The notes below the pieces were generated by a model. The model saw only the letters and a list, made by a program, of their open reading frames with translations. It did no database searches and had not been told where the DNA came from. Of a stretch of 64,000 nucleotides of DNA, positions 52,733 to 63,803 are shown piece by piece. Position 1 is the first letter of the stretch. Each line of letters begins with the position of its first letter. The translations under genes were made by a program, and so were the position numbers. The DNA is from Dicyema japonicum (lineage: Eukaryota > Animalia > Dicyemida): positions 1,546,429 through 1,610,428 of the forward strand of contig RDEW01000003.1 of NCBI GenBank assembly GCA_011109175.1, read 5' to 3'.

Positions 52733-52823
52733 GAGTCACGTTATTTTAAAATATTTCATTTATTTAAAAATTAATTAACACCCCACTTTATTTAACAAAC
52801 AATAAAAAAGTTAATATATTTAA

Positions 52824-54490
52824 TCAACAACCTTCCTCGCCTGCCTGTTCGCCAGCCTCCTCAGGCAGGTTCGATTCTGGTTGCTGAAACAACTCCGAGA
52901 GCGCCTTGTCTAATTGAACCCTCTGCCCATATGGCATCTCAGGGCTCTGCCTCCTATACTCCAGTGTCAGGCTCTCTAGGGTCCGCTTTAACACAGTGGA
53001 CTGTAGATAGGCCTGGAGCTTCCTATCTACCCCCAGCTGCTTCAGATAACCCTTGTGGTACTTTGTTGCAATTCCTTCCCACGTCATTACTATAGGAATA
53101 ACGAGGACCTTGCAACCAAGCATCTGCCCCATCTCGTTTGCAAGAAAGTCATACTTCCTTTTTTTCTCCACCTCCACAGTCTGCAAACGGTCTTGAGACG
53201 TGATGCCAACCTCTATGATAAGGACTTGGCCAGACTCCTTATCGTGTACCACAATGTCCGGTTTATTGTGCTTGACTAGCACCGAGGTACGGATAACACT
53301 GTCTACCTTAATTTGGACCCTGGTGTTCTCTACTACAGATTGCACCTTATGAGTCCGCAACTTTCTGGTGTGGCGAATACCATACTTATTGCATAGTAGA
53401 AGATGAAGACTCCTTACTACCTCGTTGTGCCTCCACACATAGTCGTGGCAGAGCATGGATCCACATCGAGTGGCTAAATGATCAACCGACATGCTCCTTG
53501 ACTTACAGTGGGGACATGTATTTGTTGATCGACCCCAAAAAATATTGCGGTCTTGCATATACGTGTACAACGCCTCCGATCGAGGTGAGTTGTCACCGTA
53601 TTTTAGCCATATTGTCGACGACTTAAGGTTGACATGTGGGTTGTCCAATGCTCTGAAGAGGACCTTATGAAGGCTTTTTAATTTGATCTTTTCCATCAAA
53701 TTATTATATTGTAATTCGATCAACGCCTTCACAATTACTAGCCCACCATCATCAACACTATAATTAGAAGACAAAAAAGGTCTGATAGTGCCTAGGTGGG
53801 TTGCCCGTGTTTTCTCGGTCGTTATTATGGCGTGCTTCCTAGCAGACACACTTGACCCAGCTATCAGGGTGTCGTGCATTCGCATTAGGATACGCTCACT
53901 TAGTTGGACTACTCCACACAGTCCACGGCCGAATTTATCACGGGGTAAATCAGGCATTATAAGGGACTTTGGAGATTCGGTAACACCCAGATACTTATAT
54001 CCTTCGTGTTCCTCTAGGACTCTTACTAACTCGCTACATACTTGGTGTTAGTCGCAGACTTTGAATAATTCAAATCTAGTCCTATACTCTCAAAGAATTC
54101 CCTGGCACAGACCCCCATGGAGTAGAGCTCCTCGGCTGTTCGAGCATACATCTTCAAGTCGTCGATAAAAAGAAGGTAATTTGTACTTAAACAAACCCCC
54201 TCACAATAACTGGTATTTGCTCAAATCGGTCATTGAGGCGGGGACTCAATGGCTCAAAACAAAGAACAAAGAGTAGCGGAGACATGCTATCCCCCTGAAG
54301 GATCCCCTCTTGAGTTTTACCTCGCCTATCCGGTGCCTATTATAGTTCAGATGAATACTCCACCTATTCATCACAGCCACTACAAAGCTGATGAACCACA
54401 CAGGCATACACAGACTGTGTAGGCACTCGACAAGGTAAGAATGATCAACTGAATCGTAAGCCTTCTTCACATCCACCCACATAGACAAAA
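52824..54490 (-). mobile_element. R4/Dong-like REL non-LTR retrotransposon, 5'-truncated
   Basis: WVDVKKAYDSVDH, GDSMSPLLF, GYKYLG, CPHC..DHLATRC, RHNEVV, KPDIVV, IIEVGIT, EKKRKYD. Confidence 0.92.
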
Positions 54491-54674
54491 CAATCTGCGA
54501 TTAAACTCAAACAGATTATTTTCTCTCTTTCTCTTACACCGACTTTCATTAAAAATTAATAAAAATATTAATATAATTTCTTATATTGGATTTTATTCTT
54601 TTGAACTGTGAAAGAAACTGAACAAAAATTTTATCGGGAAGTTTTCTGAAAAAATTTAATGGGAATTCAATTGG

Positions 54675-56230
54675 TTGTATTTTTCTGCTTGCTTGTCTGT
54701 TCCTCCTCTCTCTTCCTATTAGAGTGGCGTTATGTGATCCACCTGTCTAGGTGACGCCCAGTGCCAGGCCGGCACAAAAAAGGATCATTTGCTCTCCCCC
54801 CACTCCATCGGAGGGGTTTCCACAACTGCATGTAATGGACGTCTTACCTTTTATGCTGATTCTGGATGGACTCTGTTTCTGTAGAAGTGGAAACTGGATG
54901 CACTTAATTAGTTGTTTACTTTAACTTTTTTCTCGGTGTTTCCTGGGTTAATAAAAAATAAATAAATCGGGAATATTGAAGATTTCAACAAAACCAGAGG
55001 ACCGCTTGAAAATTTGCGAAATTCATTACGCAAAGTCTTAGCAAACATTGTGCTTGAACGAATAAAAGGACCTGCTTACAAATACCTACAAGATAGTCGA
55101 AGTGGTTTTCGAGAAAGGAGATCCACAGCTGATGCGGTCTGGAGTCACAGATGGAAGTGTGCAACATATCAAAGATACCATAACGCCACCAATATTCTAG
55201 GAATGACAAGTTAATGGAAGTACTGAGCGGATTTCTGGATGAGTCGAGTCTAAGAATGACCCGAATTCTACTTTTTAACACTGAGCTCCCTGTGAGAATC
55301 GGAAAGACCTATTCAAGAAAATTTGAAACAAACACGGGCACTCCACAAGGAGACTCCCCTTCTCCTCTACTATTCACAATTTATTTGGAAGCCGCTATGA
55401 GGCAACTTAGACCGTTATACCAAGGAAAGACGGAAGAAGTGATCTACGCGGACGATGTAGACCTAATTTCTGAAGACAAAGATGTCCTGGAACACCTATT
55501 AGAAAAAGCACCAGATGTACGAGGGAAATGGTTTCTTACTGTGAACAGAGAAAACAGAACTCACAGAGATAAGAAGGATGAGTAACGTCCTAGAAGAGAA
55601 GTTGCGACAAGTAAAGAAACTCGGTTCACTTATAAGAGATAGCGAAGATATCTTACGTAGGAAAACTCTAGCCAATGCTGCGTTATATAAACTGAAGAAT
55701 CTATAGCTCAATTAAAGAGGTATCAACACGAAAATAAGAATCCTATTATACGACTCATTCATAAAACCCGTACTTTTATATAACGCTGGAACTTGGGGGA
55801 CCTCATCAGCGGATATGGAAAGACTAGACTAGTTTCGCAGAAGTCAGCTGAGAAAAATAACAGGAACTACTTAACCTACGAGAATATCGAGAAATGCTTT
55901 ATATCAAAGATGCAGCACTAGACCTATCAGCTAAAAGTACTGGAATCCCGATGGAAGCTCTTCGGAAAGTTATAACATAGATAACTTTCACATCAATCTG
56001 AACTCCATCCAAATCTTCTGAGAGTTCCTTAATATACGACCGATCCTTAACCAGGGCGGTCAAGAGAGAGAAATCAGGATTTGTAGTGTAAGCAAGCTTC
56101 AAAACAAAATTCCGCGCTTTCTTAAGAATTGAACCCTTAAATCGTATTATCCCCAAAACCGAATATAGGGAAAATCACGGAGTTGAACGCACAAAAAAAT
56201 CTCTGGCTCCAGTTTAAATTTTCCAGCAAA
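54675..56230 (+). mobile_element. RTE-like element: 5' leader joined almost directly to RT
   Basis: Conserved leader, then SGFRERRSTAD, GTPQGDSPSPLLFTIYLE, IYADDVD and LLYNAGTW. Confidence 0.85.
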
Positions 56231-56299
56231 ATCCTCGTGGCTTTCTTCTTATTTGCTTCAATTACCTCCCTCGTCGATATGGAAGGTATTTCATAGTCT

Positions 56300-57975
56300 T
56301 CTTCTTAGGTATGTCTTGCAACGAGCTCTGTAGATTAGCCTTCCAGTTACCTTTAACAGACTAGACTTCTCATGTGCAATAGAAATAAAGTAGTATATCA
56401 TACTTTTGTAGTACATCGTTACGCTCTGTTAAACATGATGCTCTCCATAATTCGGGAGATTGTCAGTCAATAGCATTGTCTTTAGTGCATTTTACTGCAT
56501 CTTAAACTTCTTTGGAATTTATAAGGCTATGACTTTCTGACTCTCCTCTTAGAAAACAAAGGGCCATATGAGACAGGCGCTTGTCAGGGTTAACCAGCTG
56601 TATTTTTGAAAGTTCATCCCAAAATAGGTTAGGAATCTCCTCTAAGAAAACAGTAGACCCATCCTGTTTTTGCAACAATGGAAATTCTTGGATTTACTCC
56701 CAGTCACTCTGTTATAGACTTTCCACTCGGTTTTTCAAGTGTTATTTCTACTTCAAGTGTTATTCCAGTTCAAAAGGAACACAACATTTTTGGGGTTAAA
56801 AGAGATTTCTTTTTAACCGAATAAACTTTAGTCACATGTGTTTCGAGAATAATTAGAGAGTTGTTTGATCCCTCAAGATTCAAATAAAAGACCTCGTTAA
56901 ATAATGCGAACAATGCTTTTTCGATAGTGGTCCTAGTTTATAACTGATATATTGTAGCCTAAAGGGAGGCTTGACCTCTACTGAGATGAGGTTGAGTTTA
57001 TACAAGATAGGTAGATGATCGCTAACGATGTCATTAAGCGAGATAGGTTGTCCCAAGAGTTGAAGAACAGATAAAGACACCAGTGGCATGCTGAAATGAT
57101 CCCAGCCATTAGAGGAATAGTAATTCGTGGTCGAGGACTTCACATCAGTAAATCCAGAAGACACGGATAGAACGAGGCCCTACACAACCAAACGAGGCAG
57201 CTTTCGAGTTTAAATCACCTAGGAGGATCGAGAACGACGAATTTTTATCATATAAAAAAATTCTTGAAAAGATACGAATATGAGCATGAAATTTTCGAAT
57301 ATATCCCTCTGATTTTCATCCAAATTTTTCAACTTGAACGTCCAGAGAAACAAACTCGAGATATAATCTTAGGTTTCGAATTCTTAGGTTAAGTTTAGAG
57401 CAAAGATGTTCCCAGCAACCGAACCAGTCCTCTATTTAATGTCAAGAGAACAATATCCTCAGGTCGAAAACTATCATCACTCTTTAACTTTGTTTCATTA
57501 ACAATTAGTATCAGCATGGTTAGTGGATAGCATATTCACAATGTCTGACACCTTCTTTTAAAGATCTAGCGTTCGCCTTAATAATAATAAGATTAGACTT
57601 CACGCCTATAAAACCCCACCTCTCCAAAAAAAAGGTTTGACAGATTCCATACGTTGAGTCTTTTTACAATATCAACAACAGAGGTTCTGTTAGTTTTTTT
57701 ACGACGGACATTTTCACGTGAGATTTCGAGTCCAAACACTTAACAGCCAAAGAGAAACTAGGTTTTGGAGTTTCCATTAGGTCCAAGTCATCACCTGAGA
57801 CCCAAGAAGGAATCTCTTTCATAACAACAGTGGACGGATCTAGGTTGGACGTAGAAAGAACATCAATACCGAATGGGACTTTCAAACCAAAGTCATCAAC
57901 AAGAATGTCCATGCACTTTTTTGAAGCAAATTCAAATATGAATACCACCGTTTTCCTCATCATAATTCGTGCCAT
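56300..57975 (-). mobile_element. Decayed LINE (ORF1-like plus APE fragments)
   Basis: VVMKEIPSWVSGDDL (ORF1-like), GGV and VSDHLPI (APE). Confidence 0.5.
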
Positions 57976-58014
57976 ATTGGCAGTCGCTTAGCTGAAACTC
58001 CTATATACTTAATG

Positions 58015-58110
58015 CATTGAGCCAGGGGTACAGATGAGGTGGTTGCTGAGAGTGGCAGGGATCACCTAATGGCCGAATTTTTTTTTTCCTAATTTAATGA
58101 TGATTCTTGG
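58015..58110 (+). mobile_element. LINE 3' remnant (GIT-stop family)
   Basis: QMRWLLRVAGIT* with GGGATCACCTAA at 58058-58069. Confidence 0.6.
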
Positions 58111-58619
58111 TTTTTAAATAAATTCTTGGGTCATTTCAAAACTTTGAGAAAAATAGTGATGAGAGAAATGAACCGGCTCCTTACATATTATCATGGGAGA
58201 TGAATTTTCAATTCTGAGAGCAGCTATGACTGAAAAAACTGTTTGTATTTAATACAATGATTTAGTCTAAGAAAATAATTTTTTACACATGAAAACTTAA
58301 GTCGTTTAATCTTATTTTCTTAATCGTTCTTAATCGGATCCATGAGCCAGTGATCAAAAATCAAAGAAAGAGTGGTTTTAGAAGCAGGAGATCAACGGGT
58401 GATATGACGCGATGTTATAAATTGCGTTATTCAAGGATGATTTGAAATTCTACGACTATCTTAATAACACTGTGGATCACGGAAAATGGAGTCCCTATTG
58501 TTATATATCTGAAATTAGTTTTGCGTTACCCTAGAAAGTTCTACAGTGTTAAGTTATGGAAATTACTCTAATTGTGTTGACTTTGTCTTAGTTGACAAGG
58601 AGTGCTTCAGTATCTACTT

Positions 58620-59200
58620 GAGGTGTATTGGACCAACTAGGCGAGCGGTTTTTGTTTATGAACACTTCGAACACCATTCTGATGACGTCAAATGATGGAG
58701 TATGTACAAAAGAAAGAAAGACCAAAAAACTTTCCTTCTGTAGAGATTCTGAAGATATAACGAGGAGAAATTACACCCAAAATAACAATGACTAAACTAG
58801 TTAACAAATTGAAGATGTCCTGTTGTTTTTCCCTTCTTTGTAGACCGAAGAAGTCTTTGTAAAGCTCACTTATACATAGGAAATATAAAGTTCGAAAAGA
58901 AAATGTTAGGCTCACAACATAGAGTACAGTCCCTTTTAGGACTACAATGACCAATCCTAATAAAAAAAGCATTATTCCAAAAAAATGCTAAATTACAGTG
59001 GAATCTACTTTAAGAATGAGATGGAAGAATACTTTGAAATATTTAGTAAAATTTTCGTGGATGTTCACTTATAACGCCTTCGGAAGTTCTCTATGGGAAT
59101 CTGAGACTTGTGAAAATAACACGAAGTGACCACAAAGAACACAGTTATATGAAAAGTCTGGTTTCAAAAAGGTGGAACCGGCTAGCAAATAAGATCATCC
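58620..59200 (+). mobile_element. Possible decayed CR1-like LINE 3' half
   Basis: SDDVK (YADD-like), IEYSP and KRWNRLANKII resemble CR1 C-terminal motifs. Confidence 0.35.
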
Positions 59201-59214
59201 TATATGAAAGCTAT

Positions 59215-59450
59215 AAAAGTCTAATGATCGCTGGTTTGAATCTCGTTCTCTGTACATTCCGGCTGAAGGTTCCACGCATCTACGATGCTTTGGATTGACG
59301 AGTGATGCCGTCATCAGTGAGTATCTCACGGCAGAATCGGATCGTCTATAAAGGACATACTTGCAACAAAAAAGTAAAGAGCATTCCTTGGTTCTCCCTA
59401 TACGATTAGTTATCATTACTGATCTCTACTTAATTAAGCGTGTGCCCTAT
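59215..59450 (+). mobile_element. tRNA-derived SINE
   Basis: B-box-like GGTTTGAATCTC, core and tail match the family. Confidence 0.8.
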
Positions 59451-59579
59451 AGGTGATATGACTCTCGTGAAAGAGAGGCTTTTTGATAACTTTACTAAAT
59501 GATTCAAACTTTATAATGTTTTTGATATTTTTGGTAAAAGGAATTTTATTGAAGAAAGAAAATAGAGTAAACGGTTATA

Positions 59580-59790
59580 TAGAGGCTGCCCAGGCTGGGG
59601 CTTTTTTCCCTCTCAAATAGCGAGCGAGATTAACTCAAATAACCATCAGCGCTCACGAGGGTCTCCTGTTTGTGTAGCGATCCGATTCCCTAGACGACTC
59701 AAGAATTCCAGCGTCGCAGGCGCAAGGGAATCAGACGTCTCAACGGTGAGTGAAACAAACAAAAAATCCTTGGGTAGGACGCGTACTTTT
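59580..59790 (-). mobile_element. CRE 3' fragment, close paralogue of 47585-47790
   Basis: Long near-identical runs such as GATCCGATTCCCTAGACGACTCAAGAATTCCA. Confidence 0.85.
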
Positions 59791-59980
59791 CTCGTTTTTT
59801 CTTCTTTGGTAAATAATAAAGTGAATGCATGATCATTATAATTTTACTGCATCGAATAATGTTTGTTTTTTAAGTTGTCGCATAGTGATCTCATGTAGTG
59901 ATCTAAACCTAGTGAAACTAGGTTTGGTGTTAGGAACGTGAAAATAACAAAACTTAAAAAACACTTGTTTTCTTTTTCTT

Positions 59981-60137
59981 GGGTCCTTTATAGACGATCC
60001 GGATCCGCAGTGAAGTTCACTGATGACGGCGTCACTTGTCAAGCCAAAGCATATTGATGCGTGGAACCTTCAACCTGAATGTGCAGTATCGGAATTTGAA
60101 CTCTTACCCGGCAAACGTCACACTGCGCCACCCGGCC
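59981..60137 (-). mobile_element. tRNA-derived SINE, short form
   Basis: Reverse-complement head GTGGCGCAGTG and core; lacks the long tail. Confidence 0.8.
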
Positions 60138-60289
60138 TTTTTATTATTAACAAAATAATTAAAAAATAAAATTATTTTATAGTAAATAATAATTAATGGT
60201 TACCCTAATATTTAATAAAAATTAATAATTAAGATCTTTTTAATCCCAATTCGCAAAAAATTTTGGTTGGATTTATAATTTTTGTACAA

Positions 60290-61907
60290 ATGGGATGCGG
60301 AGAATCAAAAGTTTCGTCAGATAAAAATAAATCCAAAAGCATAAAACAAAGTATCAATAATTTCCCGAATAAATAAATTTGTAGATACAATAAACCAATC
60401 AAAAAATGAAACACGAATTGTTGTAGCGAAATTTCCTTACAATGCAATCCAACAAGGAGATCTTTCATTTAACGTTGGAGATCAGATGATAGTGGAAAAC
60501 GTTCTGTAAAAATTTAATCAAAATCAAAGTGATGATAAACTTTGGATGTTAGCAACCAATAGAATAACCAAAATGAGAGGATTTATTCCAGCAAATTACG
60601 TAGAACCATTAAACAAGTATAATCCAGTCGGAGAGTGATATTCAATGATGATTTAATAGTTGTTATCTCAACATAAGCAGAATGGAGGCAGAATTACAGC
60701 TTTTGTTTGCAGAAGAAACTAAACTTGGGACATTTATCGTTCGTCCATCTGCTGGTTGTGTATGTATAATTATTAGATGGTCAATTTGCACTATCAGTAA
60801 TGTCTCATAATAAAGCGATTAAACACTACAAAATAACGGTAACGAGCTCAAAAGGAAAATCAGACTATTACATACATTCAACAAAAGTAATGAATTCTCT
60901 AGATGAATTGATTGCTTATTACCAAAGTATTTCTACAATTATTTTCAGAAAACAACGAATTATGTTGTGGACTTAGTAATCCACTTAAAAGATCAGCACC
61001 TGCTATTGTTTCGAGGAAACTAGTAATTCCTTATGATGAGTTCACAATAATCGGGGAATTGGGACAAGGAAATTTTGGAAAAGTTTATAAAGGTTTTTTG
61101 ATTAAAACAATTTCAGCAAAATGGAAGCAGATAGAAGTAGCTTTAAAAACATTAAAAGACGAACAATCAAGTAAAGCAGAATTCCTCGATGAAGCAAAAA
61201 TAATGCACAGTCTGGACAATGAATATTTAGTAAAATGGCTCGGAGTCTCATCAAATAATAACCAATCAATATTGTGTATGGAGTATATGCCTAAAGGACA
61301 TCTCCATGGCGTTTTAAAATCAGATAAAGGGAAATTGTTCAATTTGGATATGCTGGGGAGAATGGCTTGTCAAGTATATTTAATATTTCATGCATAGATC
61401 GGCTCTGGAATGAGTTATTTAGGGGATCAAGGACTCATACACAGGGATTTAAGAACTGAAAATGTTTTGGTTAATAATTTATATGTCTGTAAAATTGCTG
61501 ACTTTGGGCTTGCTAAAAAGACAGAAAAATTTCAAGCTTCTCATGGTCTTTGCATTATGTATTGATTAGATACTAAATTTCCCATAAAATGGACAGCAAT
61601 TGAATCTGCAACTCAGGGAAAGTTTACTTTAAAATCAGATGTTTGGTCATTTGGAGTTCTTCTCTGGGAATTAGTTACGTTTGGGGAAATGCCATATAGA
61701 GGTATGAGTGGAGGGGATGTCCTAAAACACTTAAAGGCAGGATATCGATTAAAAATTCCAAAGGATGTCCCTCATAAAATTCCTGACAAATGGTACGACC
61801 AGATGTTGTTATGTTGGGATGAGGATCCACAGAATAGGCCAAGTTTTCACGCGTTAAAAGATTTCTTTGAAAATTGCTATTTGGGAACATCAGATTATAT
61901 TGAATAA
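60290..61907 (+). CDS. Src-family non-receptor tyrosine kinase (SH3-SH2-kinase); multi-exon
   Basis: MGCGESK acylation motif, SH3, SH2 (GTFIVRPS), GQGNFGKV, HRDLRTEN, DFG, KFPIKW, SDVWSFG and C-terminal DY. Confidence 0.93.
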
Positions 61908-62049
61908 CTTTATAAAAACTGATTTAATTTCTTTAAAAATAAAAAATATTATTTTATTAACCAAATACACGATTTTTGTCTGAACCATCCCAAGACTAGA
62001 TTATAATAAAATACCCGCCCATCCTCCAATCGACCAATCTGAACATCCG

Positions 62050-63560
62050 GGTAAACCTGGCTCGTCTAGGATGTGGGCACTACCCATCTGTACCGCTTGA
62101 TGATGTAAAAGATGTCCTCTGTTCCTTTTGCAATTTCTTCTAGTTGACAGTAAATTACTTCTCTGAATGTCCTGAATTAGTACACTGTTCGTCTACAATG
62201 CCAAGACTAATCGATCTATGGGAGCGACTGCCGTTTGCTGCGTCCTACTTAATAGCCGCTGGTTTTTTAAAAGTTAGTGAGGTCGGGATTATTAACTTCA
62301 TCAGGTGGTGCCTATCCAGTCGGACAATTTAAATGTGTTTGGACATAATCTGAGGGCAATTGGACGTATCTATACCTTTATGCAATTATAAGATCATCAG
62401 CATATTGTGACATTGGAATACGAATGATAAGATCGGATATTTTTATCAAGTGCCCACCATGGAAGCGCCAGAATCTGTTCGACTGATTTGGACACCATTG
62501 ATGAATCTTTAATTTCTGAGGTTTTGATTTTGGACTGAGATGAAAGGTACATTCAGCAAATTTTTAAGCGCTTCTTTTCGCGAATGAGGTGAAGGATTTC
62601 ACTTTTAAAGTAGTGTTTACTTGGTTAGTTAAAGCACATCCGCGTTACCAGTAAACATTGTTTATGGTTTCGCTTGTGCCATGCTTCTAGATTATCCTTT
62701 CCGTTAGTCTTCTCCATCCCTTTCGCTGTTGTGCTCGTCTCAGTGGGGTTTTTAGTTCCTTTGGGATTAATTTTTCGTCAGTCGGAATTAAAGAAGGCCC
62801 TGCTTTATCTGGGGAGATAAAGCTATCCACAGAGAAGTCTTTCAAGGATTTTTCTATTTCTGCCTCAAAATTATCTCATTTCGTTTTCCTGTAGTTTGCT
62901 GTAATATCAATGATGATCGATTGTGATCAGAGGGTAGGTCATATCTGACATTCCAGTTAATTAATGATTGATGGAAGGTAAGCACAGCGAGAGGACAGGG
63001 GACGTTTTTGGATCTCCCGGACGAGTCCCATGTCTTGTGTGCTGATTGTGGTTGTTTAGTATGACAAAATGTTCAAGTTCTAAGATAAATTGTTCTCCCT
63101 AGCGTCTGGTGACCATAGTGGGTCCTCACATTAAGGTCATTGAAAATTATAACGTTATTGAAGCTGATAGGAAATACAGGTTGGGAAGACAGTCATTTTG
63201 ACAGCGAGACGAGGGAGAATGTACATATTAATGAGAGTGTAGGGAGTGAACATGACGTAACTCCAATGTGGTTATCTGAGGCTGGCATGGATGTGTGCCA
63301 AGAAGTGTCTGTGGAAGGAGGGAAGAATTTATGAGGGTGACCAGGTTACCACCATGGGACCCAATTGCCCATTCAAAGCGAAGTACAGAGTAGCCTGTAA
63401 TTCTCGTATCAGTGAGATGGTGGGACAGTCCCGACTCTTGTAGAAAAGCAATATCAATTTTGTGTTTCCCCAGGTAGTTTGAAGATTCGGCGTGGTTTGG
63501 TGTAATTCCATTGATATTCAGTTATATTATTTTGATTTTGTCCGGCCTGGGGTTGTGCTC
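62050..63560 (-). mobile_element. Heavily decayed LINE remnant
   Basis: SQYADDLI near 62390 and an APE-like LNINGI near 63520. Confidence 0.45.
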
Positions 63561-63803
63561 AAGTCTCCAGAGGTTAGGAGGATCTCATTCGAAAAAAACC
63601 TTTTAAGAACGGACAGGGAAGGTATGTGGTTCTTTTTTGAAGTTCTTTAAAAGACACAAACACATTCAACTTACACGCGAGGTGAACCACAGCGTCATAA
63701 ACACCGTAGTCTATAAAAATTGTTTATTTAATTAAGTCTTAAAAAATAGTATATTTAAATTAATATTAATCTTTCCTATTGTTGTGTGTAGGTTTTTGCT
63801 ATT

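Noticed and set aside
54800-54890. HDV-like ribozyme in the RTE leader (GGT-TTCCACA-ACT as P3/L3)
   Set aside because: No consistent P1 or P2 partner strands across the copies.
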